From assembly GCF_964204645.1 (NCBI RefSeq), contig NC_134026.1, positions 9,323,950-9,387,949 of the forward strand: 64,000 nucleotides of DNA. Reading direction: 5' to 3'. The notes under the pieces were generated by a model. It made no database searches. It had not been told where the DNA came from and saw only the letters and a list, made by a program, of their open reading frames with translations. Below, piece by piece: positions 1 through 11,462 of this stretch (its first letter is position 1; each line of letters begins with the position of its first letter). Position numbers and translations under genes: made by a program. The stretch comes from Tubulanus polymorphus. Lineage: Eukaryota > Animalia > Nemertea.

Positions 1-300
1 ACTTTCTCCCTTCGCAAGTCATGGTCCATGTACTCTTTTCCCTTCGCAAGTCATTGTTCATGTACTCTCTTCCCTTGCAAGTCATGGTCCATGTACTCTC
101 TTCCCTCGCAAGTCATGGTTCATGTACTCTCTTCCCTCGCATGTCATGGTCCATGTACTTTCTCCCCTCGCAAGTCATGGTCCATGTACTCTCTTCCCTC
201 GCAAGTCACGGTCCATGTAATGTCATGGTCCATGTTCGCTATTCTCTCGCAATTTATGGTCCATGGAAACTCTTCCTTCGTAATGCGTGGTCCATGTACT
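1..300. repeat. 31-bp tandem satellite array (consensus GTCATGGTCCATGTACTCTCTTCCCTCGCAA), runs off window start
   Basis: About 9 head-to-tail diverged copies read directly. The ORFs at 21..302 and 28..318 are translations of the repeat. Confidence 0.95.
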
Positions 301-1262
301 AATAATACTCAGAATTAATTTACTTTATAAAAATAAATTAATTTATCAACTTTTTATATACATACGGAATTTAAGAAAATAATAATGTAATTCATTTATT
401 TTAACATTAAATTGAAAACACACGAAGAATCCACCAAATACAATGCACTTATAACAAAAGTAATAATAATAATTTTCTATTTCATTTCATGTTTTTACTT
501 ATATATGAAAATAGTTGATGGCGATATCATAAAAATATACACAGTTTTTTTTTTCTTTCCTTTCAATAAAGAAGAATAATAAGAACAAGTGTTGAAAATC
601 ATTGGTTATGTTTTGATTACTTTTTTATTCATTGTTTTAAAAAACATTTTGGGAATTTGTGATAGGAAAAATTTCCACTACTGACAACGATCTGGAGGAT
701 ATCAAAAATAAAATCAAAATCAAGATGACAGGTGAAATATACAAGAATACAATGGGAAATTCTATGAAGGAGACAAATTTTTAATAAAGGTAGTGCCAGT
801 GAGCAAGGTATGAACGCCATCATTTAGAATAAAACGTGTGTCATCAAAAGGGGATAAACCTATTTTATTTTGTCTGATAGTGCAAACCTTATTTTGGTAA
901 ATCCTTTTAGCGTCAAAGGATACTGAAAAACTAGATATTTCACGAACACTTTTTACACTTTTTATGGTGTAACTCCTGCTTTGTAACTTGCGAAGGGATT
1001 CCTTTCGCCCTTCGTTTCTCTGTAACTACGTTGTTTGGTTTTACGTGCTTTAATGAATACATTTTAGGACGAAGTCGAACAAATTCTGTTATTATTTCTC
1101 CCCCCCCCCCACATCCTTCATTTTCCCAAATTTATTTTTATTGTGTTCACTATATAATCTATATACAGCCTGTATACGCCCATAACAACTCATGTTGTTC
1201 TGATTATTGAAAAATAAATAGTAGTAACGTTGAATTTCAAAGGAAAAATCTAATGTCGATAA

Positions 1263-1410
1263 ATGAAAAACAATTACGATCAAAAATCGAAAGACAGATC
1301 TTTCGAAATTGGGAATAACGTTTTCCTCTGCGAACCAACTGTTAGTAAAAGTGGCTTATCGAAATTGGAACACCCTTGGAGGGGGCCTTACATAGTACAT
1401 CGCATAATAG
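1263..1410 (+). pseudogene. Ty3/Gypsy integrase C-terminal (GPY/F) fragment
   Basis: MKNNYDQKSKDRSFEIGNNVFL...KLEHPWRGPYIVHRI fits the 'K..YD......F..GD.V......KL...W.GPY.V' tail of Gypsy integrases. No upstream core is present. Confidence 0.75.
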
Positions 1411-1880
1411 CGCAATGTACTCGGAAAGGGATAACGTGTTGTAATGAAAAGCAATTTCGAAGATTTAGAAATGTACAAAATCATGTTTCAAATATCATAT
1501 CAGTTTGTATCAATATGATACATTAATCATGGTTGTTTTGGGAGGCGCGAACGAGCATATCTAGGGAGTCAGATTTAATGTCCCTTAGCGTTGGTAACTG
1601 GTTCAGTTGTGTGTCGTTATTATGAATTTAGTCCATTAACCTCGATAATTAGTTCGGTTAATGTCTCAGATCAATAGTTATATTCTGGATTGGAAATTTG
1701 TAGACAATAGTAAATATTCCTAGCCCAAGGGAAAGTCAGGCAAAGTTCGACCCCAGGTTGTGAGGGATATTGTTGAGAAGCAAAGAAGTTTGTATTTATT
1801 ATTTTGAAAACTATTAACGATAATTATATAAATTATTATGTACGATGAGTATTCGTCAGAAAGTTTAGATTTAGATCAAG

Positions 1881-2660
1881 TGTAACGCCGGTATTAAAAT
1901 TTAGTTTTAATGCAGCAGAGATTATAATGTAATTAGTTTTATCAGTGAAAGTTTAAAGTATAGAGATTAAATTATATGAATTCAGTATATAGTCATTAGC
2001 ATTTTAGTAGGAAATCAGATCAGTTCAAGTAATCGAAACTTACACATAGCACATCAGAAAGATCAGTGCAAGTAAACGAAACTTGTACAGAACGCAGAAG
2101 TAATAATAAAGCAAAAAAGTAGTTTTAGCAGAATACAGAATGAATCTTCTTGTAGTTAATTTGTCGTATAGCCAGATATTTATTCCTGCAGTTTGTTGAG
2201 CGAATCGGCTTCCGAGTTTGATCGTCGGCCCTCCCCGAATGTCGTGACGTTGGTCCCGAGAGTTACTCCTGGGATACCAACTTTTGCTGGGTGTAAAAAT
2301 AGGAGACACATCTGAACTTGTCGAAGAGCGCTGGGGAAAGAGAATATAGACGATCCACAATTACCCGAAATTATCATACATCGAAGTAAAGAAATTCGGT
2401 TGCCAAATAGACTTACAGAAATGTCTATTATTTCTTCTACAGGATGTGGACACTAGTAATAATATTCTTAGTGAAATGGATCTTATATTAATACGTTAAT
2501 ACGTTGGTCTCTCGTGTTTGTAAACAAACAAGGGGTTTCCAAGAGATTAACCATGACTGGGTAAAAAGTTATGTATAAAAATCAATTACGTAAATAGGTC
2601 ATCCTATCTGCGTAACAGTGCCCTCCCCCCTCAAAAAGCCAAGTGCTCGCCCTCGAACAA
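1881..2660 (-). mobile_element. LTR retrotransposon 3' end: polypurine tract plus LTR
   Basis: Minus strand reads TTCGAGGGCGAGCAC...TTTTTGAGGGGGGAGGGCAC|TGTTACG, a Gypsy-type pre-PPT/PPT followed by a TG start at 2617. The candidate other end is TGTAACG at 1881 (near-inverted to CGTAACA at 2611-2617), but this boundary is tentative. Sequence up to ~4300 looks like the element's 3' UTR. Confidence 0.6.
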
Positions 2661-3676
2661 TTTCAAAATACATAGGAAATACGAAAGCTGAATGGTCAGT
2701 ATGAAGAAATTACATGATATTAGTAGTTGAGTGTATATACAAAGGTATAGAACACATTGTTAAAATGGAATATGTTGAGAAAATAATAACATAATTGTAA
2801 AAGGCGAATATACATAGACGATACTGATATTATGTCCAACGACTAGAGATGAACAATCAATTCTAGGAGTTTCATTGATGAACATTTACGAACAAGCTAA
2901 ACGGATTACAAGATAACGAATTATCATTAAAATTTAGGTAAGAATAGAACCGTAAAAATACTGGATAGCGGTCAAACGGATACCGATTACGTCCCAGATA
3001 CCGATTACGTAGCTCTTGAAGATACGAAGATACCAAAATGAAGATACGTATAGCACGATTGGCTTCACGAAGAGAAATCATCGTTTGAATTGAAAAAAAC
3101 GACCATTTTGCTGTCCACCATAGAATCGGTACACCTCCATTTTGAGCTATCTCTCGTCAAAAAAAGGTGATTTCGTTGTGAGATAATTGTCGGAGAGTGG
3201 TGGTTGTAGGCTCGTTCGAAGCAGAAAGTCTTCTAGGTTGTATTAAAGCTTATTTCATGTGAATCGGTTGAGAATTTTTGGAATTACAGTCGATTGAAGT
3301 GGAGAAGTCATTGTCAGATTGAAAATTTGTTGCCACCCTTGTTATTTTATTATACAGTTGCAGGGATACTGGTACCCCCATCATTGGTCTCATCCATTAT
3401 CAGTCGTGACAAGTCCCTGTGAGGTTATCAGTGAAATATAGGTCTAATGGTTATTCTTTATTCCATGTGTATTTGTTTATTATCGCAGAGTCTCAGGCCG
3501 GTTGGTCAAGAGGATTGAGTAGTATCGGTCGGAGAGGAAGAGTCCGGCGCAGTGGAGTGGGTGAGTCAACCTGAAACCCCCACCGCGGTAGAATCGTCTT
3601 CGGCGTGTGTAAAGTGCAGCAGCTGGAAAAGTTCACCGAGAACCTTAGTGTCAGTGGTATATCGCTAACGCGACCC

Positions 3677-3820
3677 GACACTGTAATATTACGAGCTGAC
3701 TGTAATGTCCGAGTTGACTGTATAATATTTCGTGTTGACTGTGTGAAATTACAAGTTGACTGTAATATTCTGAGTTGACTTTGTTGGTTGACCGTAATTT
3801 TCTGTTGACTGCAATGTTGC
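3677..3820. repeat. Degenerate ~19-22-bp tandem repeat (GAGTTGACTGTAATATT-like)
   Basis: About 8 recurrences of (GTT)GACTG(T)AAT read directly. Confidence 0.75.
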
Positions 3821-5840
3821 GAATTACATTTTTTGCATTGATGGCGTTCCATAACATTTGTGTTTCGACGAATGCTCCCTCTGTCATTCGGGTAGCTGTC
3901 GCGTGTGTGGACGTATATCGTGCATGAAAATGAACGTCGATCCCGGTGATGTGACCTAATATGTATCCACCATCTACTAGATCGAGGACACTTAATTGCT
4001 GGTAAATTTTCTTTCCATAATACTGTGTTTTAAGTTCTAATGTCGGGCTTCTATTAGTGACATCCGTCACATTGTTTCTTCCAAATTTTTCATTGATTGC
4101 GACAAATTACTTCATGATAGGTGATGTTGTTTATTTAGTGTTTCCTAGATTTCCCTAGTTCTCACCGATAATGATGGCAAAGCAATACAATATCATTAAC
4201 AATATCATTTCAACAATCATTGAATAAAATGGATGAAATACACAAGTTATAAATACATGTATTACGATAAACAACGATTACAATATATGAATAGGCCTAG
4301 ACAGCAAAATTAGTACACACGATGTTAGAAGCCAGCCAAAATTCCCAACTTAGGGGGGGGGGGCACAATATAGACATACGTAATGATTTTGAACACTTCC
4401 GAATTGGCTTTGTTTTCCAGAAGGAGGGCGATTTTTTTCTAACTAATTGCTGTCTGTACGGAGGGTATTTAATAATTTTCCAGCATCGGATGTTCATCTA
4501 TCCACTTTCGCCCTTAATTTAATGATGCTATAACTGATTTTTACTTGATTTTTTTATGATACTATTAATGATTTTTACTTGATTCGGCTGTAACCATGGC
4601 CACCACAGATTGCTTAGAATGTTGTATTTAGGCGTAATTCATCTTTATGCAGGCTCATTGTGTTCATAGCTAGGCAAATATCCTTTTGAACTCTATACTA
4701 GCAAACTTTTATGAGAATCCATTTTGATAAATGTATCCATTGTGATTCCAAAGTGTAGCGCATACATTGCACTCGATTTGAAATTAATTGAATTCGCACG
4801 CATAGAGTTTTAAAAAACCACCCGCATACGACTCGACTACGTATATGGGCATGTAGCGCCCGGCCCATGCATAGATGCATAAACTATCAAAGAGTGGTGC
4901 ACTCACTATTCATCAGATCAAAAGCCCCGTTGGTAACAGCCGTTGACAGATTCTCTGAAGCCCAAGCTGACTAGCAAATGATTTACGGGAATGCAAAGTC
5001 AAAGGTAAATGTAAAGTCAGATCTTTCATGCCCAGGCTGCTTCCTTTCCTCGCCTAGAGAATTAAACATTTGAAGACGAGTTCAAGACCGGTATTTGTTT
5101 TGATTCGTGTGGGTTTGCACTGGTTTATATATTTTCCACTTGATACATAAGGCCACGCAGAGAAATACCCTCGTTTCTCATCAGCCCTTTTTGGAAGTGA
5201 CAAGGGCGGCCGGTCTTTATTTTTTAACTTATTTTTAAAATGATAGAAATAAAAAGCCTTATCCAAAATTCCAAAAGTGACGAGGGCGACTATTTTCTAT
5301 TTTTCTGGATGGAAAAATTTAGGCGATAACGACCTAGAATCAGACTGGAAAGCACTTGGCAACCGAAATAATCCCCTGCCACAGTTTTTTAAATGTTTAA
5401 AAAAAACTGTGATTAGGTTGTTTATCGGGATGCGTGCGGTAGTTAAGTGTTTTATTTTCTAAAAAAATGAAACAAAAACACATTTCTGTGCATTTTCATT
5501 TTTTACTGACGAACTTTTCTTTGACGCGCACGGTAAAATGAAAGTAATGAGATGCAAGCAACTTTTTTGCCTGGCCTAACTGCTTGTCCATGTGTGTACA
5601 TCTATTTGTTATCTGATCACGGTACCTAATGCCATCATTATCACAGGATTTCCATTTTGTTGGTAGAACTCAAAAGTGCCAAGTCAAGAGCATTCAAAGT
5701 AAAAATATGGCTTCTCAAATGTTTAAGAGAACATTTTATTGCGCTTTCGAGGATCGATCGAAAAATATGTGTTCACCAGCCTTATCGTATTTTGGTGAAA
5801 TTCAGTGAAAAATCATTGAGATATTATTTTCATAGCTATC

Positions 5841-6071
5841 AAAGTCACGGTCTATGTTATATAAAATCAATTTTGGTGAATTCACACCAGGATGATAGAT
5901 CAAGTTTTTATATGTATGTATACTGTGACGATGACCGCATCGTCACACAAGTCATGGTCCATGTAATCTCTCCCCTCGCAAGTCATGATCCATGTACCCT
6001 TTCCCCTCGCAAGTCATGGTCCATGTACTCTATTCCCTCGCAAGTCACGGCCAATGTACTCTCTTCCCTCG
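5841..6071. repeat. 31-bp satellite array with a ~90-bp unique spacer
   Basis: Four satellite units (5948-6071) follow the spacer TATATAAAATCAATTTTGGTGAATTCACACCAGGATGATAGAT..., which recurs at 8341-8433. Confidence 0.9.
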
Positions 6072-8292
6072 TGTTACACCGCGCCTTCCGGTGTACTTTA
6101 GAATCAACAAGACCAGTGAAATGATAGACCAAGTCAGCAATTAGAATATATCGTTTTAATGTTTCAGCATTTCTTCTTTCTCAGATTTCTGCAGATTTTG
6201 TTCCTGTTACAACAAAATGATTCAACATATCAAAATCAGATAAAAGTCCAATTTTTCATTCACATCAGGTTAAAGTTCATAATTTATTCAGTCACATCGG
6301 ATAAAAGTCCACTGTCACATCATGTTAATGTCACATTAGGTAAAAGTCCATTTCGTAAAATCTCGTGGACGTATGAATAGAACGACACGATCCATGTTTA
6401 TGACGGCGGAAGTAGATCAAACTAGATAATTATATCTATTTTAAGTCAATTAAAAGTTTATACCATCTATAAATCCTGGGATTTAAGTCCCTCTATGTAA
6501 GAATAATATAATCAACACTAGAGAGTAACATGATTTTATCTATTCTATTCTACTATATTGACTGCCACAGGTTGAACACAAGACGTAATGAAATTAGTCA
6601 CGCTAGAATTTGTGTATGGAACCAATTGACGGTATTCCTCGTTAAACATTTGCGGTAAATCTGAAAGCATGAGGGTACTGTTAAATGTACTTTGGGACTG
6701 TTGAGGACCTTCCATTCTCAACGCATTCCACAGCAAAAGCTCCCTGCGTACATATCTCCCATCCGGAATTGGAATCAATACTATAACAACTAGGAATATG
6801 GATCTATTTAGACATAGATTTCGAGACACTAAGTCGTTTATTATGTAATCAGTTTGTTCAGTGATAAGTGTCAATCTAAGTATGACACCTGACACGCCTG
6901 TCTCTGCCAAACTCTGACTGTCTCAACTTATATTGTCTCTGGTTGAGACTGCTCAATTCATAGTAATCTAGTGTGAAACATATTGTACTGTCTTTGTTTT
7001 TGTTTGACTACCTTGTATGTGTATAAATGTGATGCGTAATGTGCTGAACATAGGAGATTGTATGATTGTCGACCGAGTTGGATGTCCGACTCTGGATAAA
7101 GAATGAAACTACTATATTGAATATTCTACAACGGTTGTCCGTTTGTTAATCGCCATCGAGCTACGTTCCCCTTGCAACTATGCGGAAATTTAGGTTACTA
7201 CAATACATCATAATACCTTATCCATAAAAACATCCCAAAAGGCCTACGAAGTAAGTATCGAATAGCCCATAATTGGCAAAATGGAAGATATATGAGGTCG
7301 GGCACATCTGCCACAATCTCGTTATTCATTCGTATGAAAGCTTTTGGAAATGAAGGAACCCCTCTCTCTGCATCTCTATTGCTGGATAGTGTATCTGAGT
7401 CAGATCCATGGCTAGCGGGTGACCCTGTGTGACCAAAAAGTGGGTATTTTGGGCGAAGGTATTATGGGCGTATCCCGTGTGACATACAACGGAATGAAAG
7501 TACTCACATCCCTACTAACTAGTTCTAAGGTGACTTCGCACCTACACCTCCCTAGGCTTTTCTTTAGTAAATAACTCTTAATGACTAGAACCAACCATCC
7601 CACATCAACGATAATCAACCGAACACACTACCAAACTACTAACATATTGAAACCTCTTGATAAAACAGGGTGGTCTATGGGGACTGTATGAAAACCTGAA
7701 TGTAGCGTTGCATTTCGCAAAACCACTCTCAATTTAAAATTATAAGTGCTGGGCGCACTACTCGGGGTACCACTGCCCATTTTCAACATCTTATGAAATT
7801 TGCTACTTTTTCAACTGCTGTAGAATTTTCTGCTGATCCTTGGTTGGTCTTCTAGCTGATCTCTTGTTGATTTATCTCGTTCGTTTTCGATGACCGGGTC
7901 TATCACCAGTGTTACACCACGCCTACCGGTATACTTTAAAATCAACAAGACCAGTGAAAAATAGACCAAGTCAGCAATTAGAATACATCGTTTTAATGTT
8001 TCAGAATTTTTTCTTTTTCCACTTCAACTTACAAAATATTTCTCATAATGTTTTCTCCACCAGAGAACTTGTTCAGAACTCTCCGTAACGTTCTAAATTT
8101 TGGCCCATTTATACAAATCTATCTTCCTGGTGTCAGAATTATGATTTAGTAGTTTTGGTGCTGCCCAGCCTAATCGTACAGAACCCAGGCCCCATTCGTA
8201 CTGATGTGGCAGTTTCATTTGTTCCCGTGATGGCAGTGTATTTGCTCTGGCTAGTGCCAAAGTTACTACATTTGGAAATAATCAATGATATT
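6072..8292 (-). mobile_element. LTR-like insertion inside the satellite; ~110-bp direct repeats and a PBS-like site
   Basis: 6072-6180 and 7910-8020 are near-identical and begin TGTTACACC. On the minus strand the 7910 copy ends ...GGTGTAACA and is followed by CTGGTGATAGACCCGG (TGG-starting, PBS-like). Satellite phase breaks at CCCTCG| (6071) and resumes at |CAGGTCA (8293). No gag or pol is recognisable. Confidence 0.55.
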
Positions 8293-8956
8293 CAGGTCAA
8301 GGTGCAAGTACTTTATTCCGTCGCAAGTCATGGTCCATGTTATGTAAAATCAATTTTAGTGAATTCACACCAGGATGATAGATCTAGTTTTAATATGTAT
8401 GTATACATATAATGTGACGATGACGACATCGTCCAAGTCATGGTCCATGTACTCTCTCCCCTCGCAAGTCGTGGTCCATGTACTCTCTCCCCTCGCAAGT
8501 CATTGTCCATGTACTCTCTCCCCTCGCAAGTCATGGTCCGTGTACTCTATTCGCTCGCAAGTCATGGTCAATGTACTCTCTCTCCTCGCAAAAAGTGGTC
8601 AATGTACAATCTCCCCTCGCAAATCATGGCGCATGTACTCTATTCCCTCGCAAGTCATAGTCCATGAACTCTCTTCCCTCGCAAGTCATGGTACATGTAC
8701 TCTCTACCCTCGCAAGTAATGGTCCATTTACTCTCTCCGCTTGCAAGTTATAGTCCATGTACTCTATCCCCTCGCAAGTCATGGTCCATGTACTCTCATC
8801 CCTCGCAAGTCATGGTCCATGTACTCTTATTCCATTGCAAGTTATGGTCTACATACTCTCTCCCCTCGCAAGTCATGGTCCATGTACTTTCTCCCCTCGC
8901 AAGTCATGGTCGATGTACTCTATCCGCTCGCAAGTTATGGTCCATGTACTCTCTCT
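8293..8956. repeat. 31-bp satellite array (~18 units) containing the same ~90-bp spacer
   Basis: Direct reading. The ORFs 8375-9100 are mostly repeat translations. Confidence 0.95.
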
Positions 8957-9619
8957 TTATTGTCAATGATCCGCGTTTCTTTTTTTCAAAACGCACAACA
9001 AAACGGTTCCCAGTACTTAATCTATTCAATTACTAATCGTTCGTCAATCCTTCTATCCGAAATCGACATGTTTGTTGATATTTTCCGACAACAAAATTGA
9101 TGTTTTTTTCAGTTCTGGCATACATGATGTGCGTTTTTTTTCGAACTCGCATCAAAATGGAGAGTGGTAATAGACGATCGTTTGTCATCAACCCTTACTC
9201 TCCGAAATTGATGTTTGTGGAATTAGTACTAGTTTCGCATGGGACAGTGGGTCCTTTCCCTCCAGGAACCACTCCCCAACAAAATTGGTCCATTCGTATT
9301 TTCGCCGTAGATCCTTCTCTCATGTCTTCCCACATTATGAACTTACTTTTTTATCCATTGTATCTACACCGCGCTGATTTATCCAACAACCAATAGCGAA
9401 AGAATACCATCCACGCCGTTTCTTTACCACACACGCCGGTTGGTTCTATAACGCTTTGGGTGTTTGGTTTTTATTTTTTATACTTTTTATCTTTTTTCTT
9501 TCTTCCTTTTCGATATTATGACATAACGCATATTACAACAAGTACGAGTGATTTTTTTCCCGTCAGAAACATTTTTTTAGATAGTTTCCCCCACTAACCA
9601 CCTAGTACGTGCGTATACA

Positions 9620-10030
9620 TTATTCGTGCGAGTAGGATAGGATATATGGTTATCATATTCTAACACCATTAAAACGTATAATATTATCGCTTATTAAAAG
9701 GATATAATTTTCTTTCCTGCGAAAATCTTTTTAAGACGTTTTTTGAATAATGTTCTTTATTTTTGTTTATTTTTGCTGCTATTCGCACAGCGGTTATACA
9801 TCATTATCGATGCGTGTCGGATAACATATGCGGTTATCATATTCTAACACCGTTAAAACATTTACATTATATATCTTACATTTTAAAAGTGAATTCCCGC
9901 GAAAACGTTTTTTTCAAGACGTTTCTTTCTCTACTATAACAGTTAAATGGTTATACATCATTTACGCGTGTCTGATAAGATATGTTCGAACACCTTGAAA
10001 TGTACAATATTGACAGTTTTAAAAAGGATA
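9620..10030. repeat. Degenerate ~160-185-bp tandem duplication (2-3 copies)
   Basis: GGTTATCATATTCTAACACC(A/G)TTAAAAC at 9648 and 9832; TTATACATCATT...GCGTGTC.GATAA at 9794 and 9951; GCGAAAA...AAGACGTTT at ~9719 and ~9899. Confidence 0.7.
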
Positions 10031-10139
10031 AAATTAACACTTTCGCCATAATGCTTTTACACATTCAACATATTCAAAGACGAAACTTATTAAATATTAA
10101 TGTTACGCGAAAATTACCTCCATCAATACACGAACATTC

Positions 10140-10659
10140 TTAATCTCCACCGGAGTTTTTAATTTCGAACAACCCGCTCGAACCAAATCCGCTCACAGAT
10201 CGTTGTGTATCTTCGAGATTCTCGCAGACAACCATTTCTTGCGACTACGGTAACTCGTTTTTTGTACGCCAATCCCGAACGACCGCATAATTTCCCATAA
10301 TAACCGGCTTTCGGTATTTCGCAATCGAAACCGGCATTGATTAACCGTTTTTCCGTCGGTGCTATCGTTGTCGTTTCGACAGAGTGAATATCGATACCAG
10401 CCGTATCAGTTTGATGCTTTTACCGGAACTCGGCGTCCGGGTCAGTATTTTCAATATGATTGGTGTCTACATTTTCAATGATCGCGTGAAGATGTCGAAC
10501 CTCTGTTTCCTCGCGATGTTACAGTATATTTTCCAGTTTAACATTTCTAATTTATTCCCAGTCGAAGGTGAATTTTTTCCGAACGTTCTTTCGACAAATT
10601 TGTTCACGTATGTATCTTTATCGGAGACTTTTTCCTAACGTTTTGGCTACTTCCTCCAT
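10140..10659 (-). pseudogene. dut: Trimeric dUTPase pseudogene (absent from ORF track)
   Basis: Manual translation gives TAGIDIHSVETTTIAPTEKRLINAGFDCEIPKAGYYGKLCGRSGLAYKKRVTVVA (motif 1 AGxD, motif 2 RSG). A shifted frame then gives EMVVCENLEDTQRSVSGFGSSG (motif 5). Motifs 3-4 are deleted and the upstream frame has several stops. Intronless. Confidence 0.85.
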
Positions 10660-11462
10660 GCTTATCACTTTACACCTCCAATATACGAAGAAATCACGTG
10701 TTCACGAAAACCCCCTCTCGTGACGGGATGACTTTTTAACGCTTCGTCGATATCTTGATTATTCGTTGTGCGTTTTCAACCTCATGTCCACAATACATAA
10801 TAATACAAGTAACATAATACAAACATAGATAAAAACAGCAAACTACCAAGACATTAAATACATCCAGAACAATGTTTCTTTTTTTCTTTTTTTTTCTTTA
10901 CATATATTATAAGTCATCAAATTTCAGCATAAAGCAACTGTTCTTTTTATCCTAAAGTTATTTTCATATCACACACTCACGTCCTTAAACATCAATATTA
11001 TTTCATTACAATAATTACATTACAATTTACGTACACACATAAATCAATCTAAAGGCAGCCTACATCAGAGTCACGTAAGAGGTTACTAGCACATTACGTG
11101 AAGGCCGAATGGGTCATCTGCACCCTGCCTCTCAAAACACTTCTGCACCGCAAGAGCTCTGATGCTGCCTAAACGCTCGCCTAGATAAATACAACATTCA
11201 ACATATGATAATATTTCATATCCCACTACGCAGGCCTGTCATACACTATTGCAAACATACAATCGAAATCGAGTACTCATTACGCCTCTTCATTTTAATA
11301 TGCCTCATACTATAATTAATATATCTATTTATTATCTTTTAATCCATTTCATATCATTGTCTTATTATCGAAATGATACATATATAGACATTGTCGCCTA
11401 TATCGAAATCATCCCCCCTCCCATCAAAATGTACGGAATGAACCTCTCGAAAACTCTAAATC

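Noticed and set aside
8128-8145. TGGTGTCAGAA as a tRNA-Leu primer-binding site
   Set aside because: Not preceded by an LTR ...CA end and the match breaks after 11 nt.
1-8956. 31-bp partly palindromic repeats as a CRISPR array
   Set aside because: Units are head-to-tail without unique spacers, there are no cas genes, and the context is eukaryotic.
8960-9470. Protein-like minus-strand reading (KETAWMVFFRYWLLDK...FCWGVVPGGKGP)
   Set aside because: Interrupted by stops and no family recognised. It may be viral debris but cannot be called.
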